Origin: Balanoglossus misakiensis
Lineage: Eukaryota > Animalia > Hemichordata
DNA length: 64,000 bases
Assembly: GCA_040954595.2 (NCBI GenBank)
Contig: CM082594.2
Coordinates: 886,247 to 950,246, forward strand
Direction: 5' to 3'
The translations under genes were made by a program, and so were the position numbers. Positions 25,356 through 38,158 of the stretch are shown here, in pieces. The notes under the pieces are model-generated. The model made no database searches, was not told the origin of the DNA, and saw only the letters and a program-made list of their open reading frames with translations. The first letter of the stretch is position 1. Each line of letters begins with the position of its first letter.

Positions 25356-28300
25356 ATAAGCGGTCTTACCCGTCATTGGCACATACAGTCTCAGGAAGTT
25401 AGCTTTCAATCTACCAATGTAGCTATTATATTTTCCACTTTTTGTAAGTGAAGCCTGACTGTCGCCTGTCTTAGGTCACCACTTCATAAGAGGTCTTACC
25501 CGTCATTGGCACAAACAGTCTCAGGAAGTAAGCTTTCAGCCTACCAATGTAGCTATTGTATTTTCAACTTTTTGTAAGTGAAGCCTGACTGTCGCCTGTC
25601 TTAGGTCACCACTTCATAAGAGGTCTTACCCGTCATTGGCACAAACAGACAGGAAGTAAGCTTTCAGCCTACCAATGTAGCTTTTGTATTTTCAACTGTT
25701 TGTAAGTGAAGCCTGACTGTCGCCTGTCTTAGGTCACCACTTCATAAGAGGTCTTACCCGTCATTGGCACAAACAGTCTCAGGAAGTAAGCTTTCAGCCT
25801 ACCAATGTAGCTATTATATTTTCCACTTTTTGTAAGTGAAGCCTGAGTGTCGCCTGTCTTAGGTCACCACTTCATAAGAGGTCTTACCCGTCATTGGCAC
25901 AAACAGTCTCAGGAAGTAAGCTTTCAGCCTACCAATGTAGCTATTGTATTTTCAACTTTTTGTTAGTGAAGCCTGACTGTTGCCTGTCTTAGGTCACCAC
26001 TTCATAAGAGGTCTTACCCGTCATTGTCACAAACAGACTCAGGAAGTAAGCTTTCAGCCTACCAATGTAGCTATTGTATTTTCAACTTTTTGTAAGTGAA
26101 GCCTGACTGTCGCCTGTCTTAGGTCACCACTTCATAAGAGGTCTTACCCGTCATTGGCACAAACAGTCTCCGGAAGTAAGCTTTCAGCCTACCAATGTAG
26201 CTATTGTATTTTCCACTTTTTGTAAGTGAAGCCTGACTATCACCTGTCTTAGGTCACCACTTCATAAGCGGTCTTACCCGTCATTGGCACAAACAGTCTC
26301 AGGAAGTAAGCTTTCAGCCTACCAATGTAGCTATTATATTTTCCACTTTTTGTAAGTGAAGCCTGACTGTCGCCTGTCTTAGTTCACCACTTCATAAGCG
26401 GTCTTACCCGTCATTGGCACAAACAGTCTCAGGAATTAAGCTTTCAGCATACCAATGTAGCTATTATATTTTCCACTTTTTGTAAGTGAAGCCTGACTGT
26501 CGCCTGTCTTAGGTCACCACCTCATAAGCGGTCTTACCCGTCATTGCCACAAACAGTCTCAGGAAGTTAGCTTTCAGCCTACCAATGAAGCTATTATATT
26601 TTCCACTTTTTGTAAGTGAAGCCTGACTGTCGCCTGTCTTAGGTCACCGACTCATAAGCGGTCTTACCCGTCATTGGCACAAACAGTCTCAGGAAGTAAG
26701 CTTTCAGCCTACCAATGTAGCTATTATATTTTCCACTTTTTGTAAGTGAAGCCTGACTGTCGCCTGTCTTAGGTCACCACTTCATAAGCGGTCTTACCCG
26801 TCATTGGCACAAACAGTCTCAGGAAGTAAGCTTTCAGCCTACCAATGTAGCTATTGTATTTTCCACTTTTTGTAAGTGAAGCCTGACTGTCGCCTGTCTT
26901 AGGTCACTACTTTATAAGCGGTCTTACCCGTCATAGGCACAAACAGTCTCGGGAAGCAAGCTTTCAGCCTACCAATGTAGCTATTGTATTTTCCACTTTT
27001 TGTAAGTGAAGCCTGACTGTCGCCTTTCTTAGGTCACCACTTCATAAGAGGTCTTACCCGTCATTGGCACAAACAGTCTCAGGAAGTAAGCTTTCAGCCT
27101 ACCAATGTAGCTATTATATTTTCTACTTTTTGTAAGTGAAGCCTGACTGTCGCCTGTCTTAGGTCACCTCTTCATAAGCGGTCTTACCCGTCATTGGCAC
27201 AAACAGTCTCAGGAAGTAAGCTTTCAGCCTACCAATGTAGCTATTAAATGTTTTACTTTTTGTAAGTGAAGCCTGACTGTCGCCTGTCTTAGGTCACCAC
27301 CTCATAAGCGGTCTTACCCGTCATTGGCACAAACAGTCTCAGGAAGTAAGCTTTCAGCCTACCAATGTAGCTATTATATTTTCCACTTTTTATAAGTGAA
27401 GCCTGACTGTCGCCTGTCTTAGGTCACCACTTCATAAGCGGTCTTACCCGTCATTGGCACAAACAGTCTCAGGAAGTAAGCTTTCAGCCTACCAATGTAG
27501 CTATTATATTTTCCACTTTTTGTAAGTGAAGCCTGACTGTCACCTGTCTTAGGTCACCACTTCATAAGTGGTCTTACCCGTCATTGGCACAAACAGTCTC
27601 AGGAAGTAAGCTTTCAGCCTACCAATGTAGCTATTGTATTTTCCACTTTTTGTAAGTGAAGCCTGACTGTCGCCTGTCTTAGGTCACCACTTCATAAGCG
27701 GTCTTACCCGTCATAGGCACAAACAGTCTCAGGAAGTAAGCTTTCAGCCTACCAATGTAGCTATTATATTTTCCACTTTTTGTAAGTGAAGCCTGACTGT
27801 CGCCTGTCTTAGGTCACCACTTCATAAGAGGTCTTACCCGTCATTGGCACAAACAGTCTCAGGAAGTAAGCTTTCAGCCTACCAATGTAGCTATTGTATT
27901 TTCAACTTTTTGTAAGTGAAGCCTGAGTGTCGCCTGTCTTAGGTCACCACTTCATAAGAGGTCTTACCCGTCATTGGCACAAACAGTCTCAGGAAGTAAG
28001 CTTTCAGCCTACCAATGTAGCTATTGTATTTTCAACTTTTTGTAAGTGAAGCCTGACTGTCGCCTGTCTTAGGTCACCACTTCATAAGAGGTCTTACCCG
28101 TCATTGGCACAAACAGACTCAGGAAGTAAGCTTTCAGCCTACCAATGTAGCTATTGTATTTTCAACTTTTTGTAAGTGAAGCCTGACTGTCGCCTGTCTT
28201 AGGTCACCACTTCATAAGAGGTCTTACCCGTCATTGGCACAAACAGTCTCCGGAAGTAAGCTTTCAGCCTACCAATGTAGCTATTGTATTTTCCACTTTT

Positions 28301-31300
28301 TGTAAGTGAAGCCTGACTGTCGCCTGTCTTAGGTCACCACTTCATAAGCGGTCTTACCCGTCATTGGCACAAACAGTCTCAGGAAGTAAGCTTTCAGCCT
28401 ACCAATGTAGCTATTATGTTTTCCACTTTTTGTAAGTGAAGCCTGACTGTCGCCTGTCTTAGTTCACCACTTCATAAGCGGTCTTACCCGTCATTGGCAC
28501 ATACAGTCTCAGGAATTAAGCTTTCAGCATACCAATGTAGCTATTATATTTTCCACTTTTTGTAAGTGAAGCCTGACTGTCGCCTGTCTTAGGTCACCAC
28601 CTCATAAGCGGTCTTACCCGTCATTGGCACAAACAGTCTCAGGAAGTTAGCTTTCAGCTTACCAATGAAGCTATTGTATTTTCCACTTTTTGTAAGTGAA
28701 GCCTGACTGTCGCCTGTCTTAGGTCACCACTTCATAAGCGGTCTTACCCGTCATTGGCACAAACAGTCTCAGGAAGTAAGCTTTCAGCCTACCAATGTAG
28801 CTATTATGTTTTCCACTTTTTGTAAGTGAAGCCTGACTGTCGCCTGTCTTAGTTCACCACTTCATAAGCGGTCTTACCCGTCATTGGCACAAACAGTCTC
28901 AGGAATTAAGCTTTCAGCATACCAATGTAGCTATTATATTTTCCACTTTTTGTAAGTGAAGCCTGACTGTCGCCTGTCTTAGGTCACCACTTCATAAGCG
29001 GTCTTACCCGTCATTGGCACAAACAGTCTCAGGAAGTTAGCTTTCAGCTTACCAATGAAGCTATTATATTTTCCACTTTTTGTAAGTGAAGCCTGACTGT
29101 CGCCTGTCTTAGGTCACCGACTCATAAGCGGTCTTACCCGTCATTGGCACAAACAGTCTCAGGAAGTAAGCTTTCAGCCTACCAATGTAGCTATTATATT
29201 TTCCACTTTTTGTAAGTGAAGCCTGACTGTCGCCTGTCTTAGGTCACCACTTCATAAGCGGTCTTACCTGTCATTGGCACAAACAGTCTCAGGAAGTAAG
29301 CTTTCAGCCTACCAATGTAGCTATTATATTTTCCACTTTTTGTAAGTGAAGCCTGACTGTCGCCTGTCTTAGGTCACCACTTCATAAGCGGTCTTACCCG
29401 TCATTGGCACAAACAGTCTCAGGAAGTAAGCTTTCAGCCTACCAATGTAGCTATTGTATTTTCCACTTTTTGTAAGTGAAGCCTGACTGTCGCCTGTCTT
29501 AGGTCACCACTTTATAAGCGGTCTTACCCGTCATAGGCACAAACAGTCTCGGGAAGTAAGCTTTCAGCCTACCAATGTAGCTATTGTATTTTCCACTTTT
29601 TGTAAGTGAAGCCTGACTGTCGCCTTTCTTAGGTCACCACTTCATAAGAGGTCTTACCCGTCATTGGCACAAACAGTCTCAGGAAGTAAGCTTTCAGCCT
29701 ACCAATGTAGCTATTATGTTTTCCACTTTTTGTAAGTGAAGCCTGACTGTCGCCTGTCTTAGTTCACCACTTCATAAGCGGTCTTACCCGTCATTGGCAC
29801 AAACAGTCTCAGGAATTAAGCTTTCAGCATACCAATGTGGCTATTATATTTTCCACTTTTTGTAAGTGAAGCCTGACTGTCGCCTGTCTTAGGTCACCAC
29901 TTCATAAGAGGTCTTACCCGTCATTGGCACAAACAGTCTCAGGAAGTTAGCTTTCAGCCTACCAATGAAGCTATTGTATTTTCAACTTTTTGTAAGTGAA
30001 GCCTGAGTGTCGCCTGTCTTAGGTCACCACTTCATAAGAGGTCTTACCCGTCATTGGCACAAACAGACTCAGGAAGTAAGCTTTCAGCCTACCAATGTAG
30101 CTATTGTATTTTCAACTTTTTGTAAGTGAAGCCTGACTGTCGCCTGTCTTAGGTCACCACTTCATAAGAAGTCTTACCCGTCATTGGCACAAACAGTCTC
30201 CGGAAGTAAGCTTTCAGCCTACCAATGTAGCTATTGTATTTTCCACTTTTTGTAAGTGAAGCCTGACTGTCGCCTGTCTTAGGTCACCACTTCATAAGCG
30301 GTCTTACCCGTCATTGGCACAAACAGTCTCAGGAAGTAAGCTTTCAGCCTACCAATGTAGCTATTATGTTTTCCACTTTTTGTAAGTGAAGCCTGACTGT
30401 CGCCTGTCTTAGTTCACCACTTCATAAGCGGTCTTACCCGTCATTGGCACAAACAGTCTCAGGAATTAAGCTTTCAGCATACCAATGTAGCTATTATATT
30501 TTCCACTTTTTGTAAGTGAAGCCTGACTGTCGCCTGTCTTAGGTCACCACCTCATAAGCGGTCTTACCCGTCATTGGCACAAACAGTCTCAGGAAGTTAG
30601 CTTTCAGCTTACCAATGAAGCTATTATATTTTCCACTTTTTGTAAGTGAAGCCTGACTGTCGCCTGTCTTAGGTCACCGACTCATAAGCGGTCTTACCCG
30701 TCATTGGCACAAACAGTCTCAGGAAGTAAGCTTTCAGCCTACCAATGTAGCTATTATATTTTCCACTTTTTGTAAGTGAAGCCTGACTGTCGCCTGTCTT
30801 AGGTCACCACTTCATAAGCGGTCTTACCCGTCATTGGCACAAACAGTCTCAGGAAGTAAGCTTTCAGCCTACCAATGTAGCTATTGTATTTTCCACTTTT
30901 TGTAAGTGAAGCCTGACTGTCGCCTGTCTTAGGTCACCACTTTATAAGCGGTCTTACCCGTCATAGGCACAAACAGTCTCGGGAAGTAAGCTTTCAGCCT
31001 ACCAATGTAGCTATTGTATTTTCCACTTTTTATAAGTGAAGCCTGACTGTCGCCTTTCTTAGGTCACCACTTCATAAGAGGTCTTACCCGTCATTGGCAC
31101 AAACAGTCTCAGGAAGTAAGCTTTCAGCCTACCAATGTAGCTATTATGTTTTCCACTTTTTGTAAGTGAAGCCTGACTGTCGCCTGTCTTAGTTCACCAC
31201 TTCATAAGCGGTCTTACCCGTCATTGGCACAAACAGTCTCAGGAATTAAGCTTTCAGCATACCAATGTAGCTATTATATTTTCCACTTTTTGTAAGTGAA

Positions 31301-34300
31301 GCCTGACTGTCGCCTGTCTTAGGTCACCACCTCATAAGCGGTCTTACCCGTCATTGGCACAAACAGTCTCAGGAAGTTAGCTTTCAGCCTACCAATGAAG
31401 CTATTATATTTTCCACTTTTTGTAAGTGAAGCCTGACTGTGGCCTGTCTTAGGTCACCGACTCATAAGCGGTCTTACCCGTCATTGGCACAAACAGTCTC
31501 AGGAAGTAAGCTTTCAGCCTACCAATGTAGCTATTATATTTTCCACTTTTTGTAAGTGAAGCCTGACTGTCGCCTGTCTTAGGTCACCACTTCATAAGCG
31601 GTCTTACCTGTCATTGGCACAAACAGTCTCAGGAAGTAAGCTTTCAGCCTACCAATGTAGCTATTATATTTTCCACTTTTTGTAAGTGAAGCCTGACTGT
31701 CGCCTGTCTTAGGTCACCACTTCATAAGCGGTCTTACCCGTCATTGGCACAAACAGTCTCAGGAAGTAAGCTTTCAGCCTACCAATGTAGCTATTGTATT
31801 TTCCACTTTTTGTAAGTGAAGCCTGACTGTCGCCTGTCTTAGGTCACCACTTTATAAGCGGTCTTACCCGTCATAGGCACAAACAGTCTCGGGAAGTAAG
31901 CTTTCAGCCTACCAATGTAGCTATTGTATTTTCCACTTTTTGTAAGTGAAGCCTGACTGTCGCCTTTCTTAGGTCACCACTTCATAAGAGGTCTTACCCG
32001 TCATTGGCACAAACAGTCTCAGGAGGTAAGCTTTCAGCCTACCAATGTAGCTATTGTATTTTCCACTTTTTGTAAGTGAAGCCTGACTGTCGCCTGTCTT
32101 AGGTCACCACTTCATAAGAGGTCTTACCCGTCATTGGCACAAACAGTCTCAGGAAGTAAGCTTTCAGCCTACCAATGTAGCTATTATATTTTCCACTTTT
32201 TGTAAGTGAAGCCTGACTGTCGCCTGTCTTAGGTCACCTCTTCATAAGCGGTCTTACCCGTCATTGGCACAAACAGTCTCAGGAAGTAAGCTTTCAGCCT
32301 ACCAATGTAGCTATTAAATTTTTTACTTTTTGTAAGTGAAGCCTGACTGTCGCCTGTCTTAGGTCACCACCTCATAAGCGGTCTTACCCGTCATTGGCAC
32401 AAACAGTCTCAGGAAGTAAGCTTTCAGCCTACCAATGTAGCTATTATATTTTCCACTTTTTGTAAGTGAAGCCTGACTGTCGCCTGTCTTAGGTCACCAC
32501 TTCATAAGCGGTCTTACCCGTCATTGGCACAAACAGTCTCAGGAAGTAAGCTTTCATCCTACCAATGTAGCTATTATATTTTCCACTTTTTGTAAGTGAA
32601 GCCTGACTGTCGCCTGTCTTAGGTCACCACTTCATAAGTGGTCTTACCCGTCATTGGCACAAACAGTCTCAGGAAGTAAGCTTTCAGCCTACCAATGTAG
32701 CTATTGTATTTTCCACTTTTTGTAAGTGAAGCCTGACTGTCGCCTGTCTTAGGTCACCACTTCATAAGCGGTCTTACCCGTCATAGGCACAAACAGTCTC
32801 AGGAAGTAAGCTTTCAGCCTACCAATGTAGCTATTATATTTTCCACTTTTTGTAAGTGAAGCCTGACTGTCGCCTGTCTTAGGTCACCACTTCATAAGAG
32901 GTCTTACCCGTCATTGGCACAAACAGTCTCAGGAAGTAAGCTTTCAGCCTACCAATGTAGCTATTGTATTTTCAACTTTTTGTAAGTGAAGCCTGACTGT
33001 CGCCTGTCTTAGGTCACCACTTCATAAGAGGTCTTACTCGTCATTGGCACAAACAGACTCAGGACGTAAGCTTTCAGCCTACCAATGTAGCTATTGTATT
33101 TTCCACTTTTTGTAAGTGAAGTCTGACTGTCGCCTGTCTTAGGTCACCACTTCATAAGAGGTCTTACCCGTCATTGGCACAAACAGTCTCAGGAAGTAAG
33201 CTTTCAGCCTACCAATGTAGCTATTGTATTTTCCACTTTTTGTAAGTGAAGCCTGACTGTCGCCTGTCTTAGGTCACCACTTCATAAGAGGTCTTACCCG
33301 TCATTGGCACAAACAGTCTCAGGAAGTAAGCTTTCAGCCTACCAATGTAGCTATTATATTTTCCACTTTTTGTAAGTGAAGCCTGACTGTCGCCTGTCTT
33401 AGGTCACCACTTCATAAGCGGTCTTACCCGTCATAGGCACAAACAGTCTCAGGAAGTAAGCTTTCAGCCTACCAATGTAGCTATTATATTTTCCACTATT
33501 TGTAAGTGAAGCCTGACTGTCGCCTGTCTTAGGTCACCACTTCATAAGAGGTCTTACCCGTCATTGGCACAAACAGTCTCAGGAAGTAAGCTTTCAGCCT
33601 ACCAATGTAGCTATTGTATTTTTAACTTTTTGTAAGTGAAGCCTGACTGTCGCCTGTCTTAGGTCACCACTTCATAAGAGGTCTTACTCGTCATTGGCAC
33701 AAACAGACTCAGGACGTAAGCTTTCAGCCTACCAATGTAGCTATTGTATTTTCCACTTTTTGTAAGTGAAGTCTGACTGTCGCCTGTCTTAGGTCACCAC
33801 TTCATAAGAGGTCTTACCCGTCATTGGCACAAACAGTCTTAGGAAGTAAGCTTTCAGCCTACCAATGTAGCTATTGTATTTTCCACTTTTTGTAAGTGAA
33901 GCCTGACTGTCGCCTGTCTTAGGTCACCACTTCATAAGAGGTCTTACCCGTCATTGGCACAAACAGTCTCAGGAAGTAAGCTTTCAGCCTACCAATGTAG
34001 CTATTATATTTTCCACTTTTTGTAAGTGAAGCCTGACTGTCGCCTGTCTTAGGTCACCACTTCATAAGTGTTCTTACCCGTCATTGGCACAAACAGTCTC
34101 AGGAAGTAAGCTTTCAGCCTACCAATATAGCTATTATATTTTCCACTTTTTGTAAGTGAAGCCTGACTGTCGCCTGTCTTAGGTCACCACTTCATAAGCG
34201 GTCTTACCCGTCATTGGCACAAACAGTCTCAGGAAGTTAGCTTTCAGCCTACCAATGTAGCTATTGTATTTTCCACTTTTTGTAAGTGAAGCCTGACTGT

Positions 34301-37300
34301 CGCCTGTCTTAGGTCACCACTTCATAAGAGGTCTTACCCGTCATTGGCACAAACAGTCTCAGGAAGTAAGCTTTCAGCCTACCAATGTAGCTATTGTATT
34401 TTCAACTTTTTGTAAGTGAAGCCTGACTGTCGCCTGTCTTAGGTCACCACTTCATAAGAGGTCTTACTCGTCATTGGCACAAACAGACTCAGGACGTAAG
34501 CTTTCAGCCTACCAATGTAGCTATTGTATTTTCCACTTTTTGTAAGTGAAGTCTGACTGTCGCCTGTCTTAGGTCACCACTTCATAAGAGGTCTTACCCG
34601 TCATTGGCACAAACAGTCTCAGGAAGTAAGCTTTCAGCCTACCAATGTAGCTATTGTATTTTCCACTTTTTGTAAGTGAAGCCTGACTGTCGCCTGTCTT
34701 AGGTCACCACTTCATAAGAGGTCTTACCCGTCATTGGCACAAACAGTCTCAGGAAGTAAGCTTTCAGCCTACCAATGTAGCTATTATATTTTCCACTTTT
34801 TGTAAGTGAAGCCTGACTGTCGCCTGTCTTAGGTCACCACTTCATAAGTGTTCTTACCCGTCATTGGCACAAACAGTCTCAGGAAGTAAGCTTTCAGCCT
34901 ACCAATATAGCTATTATATTTTCCACTTTTTGTAAGTGAAGCCTGACTGTCGCCTGTCTTAGGTCACCACTTCATAAGAGGTCTTACCCGTCATTGGCAC
35001 AAACAGTCTCAGGAAGTAAGCTTTCAGCCTACCAATGTAGCTATTATATTTTCCACTTTTTGTAAGTGAAGCCTGACTGTCGCCTGTCTTAGGTCACCAC
35101 TTCATAAGCGGTCTTACCCGTCATTGGCACAAACAGTCTCAGGAAGTTAGCTTTCAGCCTACCAATGTAGCTATTATATTTTCCACTTTTTGTAAGTGAA
35201 GCCTGACTGTCGCCTGTCTTAGGTCACCACTTCATAAGAGGTCTTACCCGTCATTGGCACAAACAGTCTCAGGAAGTAAGCTTTCAGCCTACCAATGTAG
35301 CTATTGTATTTTCCACTTTTTGTAAGTGAAGTCTGACTGTCGCCTGTCTTAGGTCACCACTTCATAAGAGGTCTTACCCGTCATTGGCACAAACAGTCTC
35401 AGGAAGTAAGCTTTCAGCCTACCAATGTAGCTATTGTATTTTCCACTTTTTGTAAGTGAAGCCTGACTGTCGCCTGTCTTAGGTCACCACTTCATAAGAG
35501 GTCTTACCCGTCATTGGCACAAACAGTCTCAGGAAGTAAGCTTTCAGCCTACCAATGTAGCTATTATATTTTCCACTTTTTGTAAGTGAAGCCTGACTGT
35601 CGCCTGTCTTAGGTCACCACTTCATAAGTGTTCTTACCCGTCATTGGCACAAACAGTCTCAGGAAGTAAGCTTTCAGCCTACCAATATAGCTATTATATT
35701 TTCCACTTTTTGTAAGTGAAGCCTGACTGTCGCCTGTCTTAGGTCACCACTTCATAAGCGGTCTTACCCGTCATTGGCACAAACAGTCTCAGGAAGTTAG
35801 CTTTCAGCCTACCAATGTAGCTATTGTATTTTCCACTTTTTGTAAGTGAAGCCTGACTGTCGCCTGTCTTAGGTCACCACTTCATAAGAGGTCTTACCCG
35901 TCATTGGCACAAACAGTCTCAGGAAGTAAGCTTTCAGCCTACCAATGTAGCTATTGTATTTTCAACTTTTTGTAAGTGAAGCCTGACTGTCGCCTGTCTT
36001 AGGTCACCACTTCATAAGAGGTCTTACTCGTCATTGGCACAAACAGACTCAGGACGTAAGCTTTCAGCCTACCAATGTAGCTATTGTATTTTCCACTTTT
36101 TGTAAGTGAAGTCTGACTGTCGCCTGTCTTAGGTCACCACTTCATAAGAGGTCTTACCCGTCATTGGCACAAACAGTCTCAGGAAGTAAGCTTTCAGCCT
36201 ACCAATGTAGCTATTGTATTTTCCACTTTTTGTAAGTGAAGCCTGACTGTCGCCTGTCTTAGGTCACCACTTCATAAGAGGTCTTACCCGTCATTGGCAC
36301 AAACAGTCTCAGGAAGTAAGCTTTCAGCCTACCAATGTAGCTATTATATTTTCCACTTTTTGTAAGTGAAGCCTGACTGTCGCCTGTCTTAGGTCACCAC
36401 TTCATAAGTGTTCTTACCCGTCATTGGCACAAACAGTCTCAGGAAGTAAGCTTTCAGCCTACCAATATAGCTATTATATTTTCCACTTTTTGTAAGTGAA
36501 GCCTGACTGTCGCCTGTCTTAGGTCACCACTTCATAAGAGGTCTTACCCGTCATTGGCACAAACAGTCTCAGGAAGTAAGCTTTCAGCCTACCAATGTAG
36601 CTATTATATTTTCCACTTTTTGTAAGTGAAGCCTGACTGTCGCCTGTCTTAGGTCACCACTTCATAAGCGGTCTTACCCGTCATTGGCACAAACAGTCTC
36701 AGGAAGTTAGCTTTCAGCCTACCAATGTAGCTATTATATTTTCCACTTTTTGTAAGTGAAGCCTGACTGTCGCCTGTCTTAGGTCACCACTTCATAAGAG
36801 GTCTTACCCGTCATTGGCACAAACAGTCTCAGGAAGTAAGCTTTCAGCCTACCAATGTAGCTATTGTATTTTCAACTTTTTGTAAGTGAAGCCTGACTGT
36901 CGCCTGTCTTAGGTCACCACTTCATAAGAGGTCTTACCCGTCATTGGCACAAACAGACTCAGGAAGTAAGCTTTCAGCCTACCAATGTAGCTATTGTATT
37001 TTCAACTTTTTGTAAGTGAAGCCTGACTGTCGCCTGTCTTAGGTCACCACTTCATAAGAGGTCTTACCCGTCATTGGCACAAACAGTCTCAGGAAGTAAG
37101 CTTTCAGCCTACCAATGTAACTATTGTATTTTCCACTTTTTGTAAGTGAAGCCTGACTGTCGCCTGTCTTAGGTCACCACTTCATAAGCGGTCTTACCCG
37201 TCATTGGCACAAACAGTCTCAGGAAGTAAGCTTTCAGCCTACCAATGTAGCTATTATATTTTCCACTTTTTGTAAGTGAAGCCTGACTGTCGCCTGTCTT

Positions 37301-37837
37301 AGGTCCCCACCTCACAAGCGGTCTTACCCGTCATTGGCACAAACAGTCTCAGGAAGTTAGCTTTCAGCCTACCAATGAAGCTATTATATTTTCCACTTTT
37401 TGTAAGTGAAGCCTGACTGTCGCCTGTCTTAGGTCACTGACTCATAAGCGGTCTTACCCGTCATTGGCACAAACAGTTGCAGGAAGTAAGCTTTCAGCCT
37501 ACCAATGTAGCTATTATATTTTCCACTTTTTTTGTAAGTGAAGCCTGACTGTCGCCTGTCTTAGGTCACCACTTCATAAGCGGTCTTACCCGTCATTGGC
37601 ACAAACAGTCTCAGGAAGTTAGCTTTCAGCCTACCAATGTAGCTATTATATTTTCCACTTTTTGTAAGTGAAGCCTGACTGTCGCCTGTCTTAGGTCACC
37701 ACTTCATAAGCGGTCTTACCCATCATTGGCACAAACAGTCTCAGGAAGTAAGCTTTCAGCCTACCAATGTAGCTATTGTATTTTCCACTTTTTGTAAGTG
37801 AAGCCTGACTGTCGCCTGTCTTAGGTCACCACTTCAT
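25356..37837. repeat. 130-bp satellite array, domain B
   Basis: Same monomer. The 128-bp variant is last seen at ~25650. Characteristic variants are AGGAATTAAG..CAT, CACCGACTC, TCATAGGCAC and ACTCG..GACGTAAG. Confidence 0.99.
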
Positions 37838-38148
37838 TTACCGTTGCAGAGAAGCTACCGAAATTGCGAAGTGTTTTTGTGAGCCGTCTTACTCCAGATA
37901 CAAGCATTGATCAGGTCAAGACTTTTATTAATGACAAGTGTGGTCCTTCAACATTTCAAGATGGCGTCAAATTGAAAACACGCTATGACACATATTCATC
38001 GTTCAGAATCGATGTTAATGACAGTTGTATTGAAAATGTCCTCTGTCCTGAATTGTGGCCAACAGGAGTTTTCGTGAAACCGTATTATCTCTCGAAGTCG
38101 GAGTTGATCGCAAAGTCTAAGAAAGGTTCGTCACAAGTAGGAATTTAA
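37838..38148 (+). pseudogene. LINE ORF1, C-terminal fragment
   Basis: The frame is open from the satellite junction (TVAEKLPKLRSVFVSRLTPDT...YSSFRI...PELWPTGVFVKPY), and the FVSRL/WPxGV motifs are typical of invertebrate LINE ORF1 C-termini. The predicted TTG start is not a real start. The stop lies 10 nt before the ORF2 ATG. Confidence 0.8.
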
Positions 38149-38158
38149 GAAACTCATA

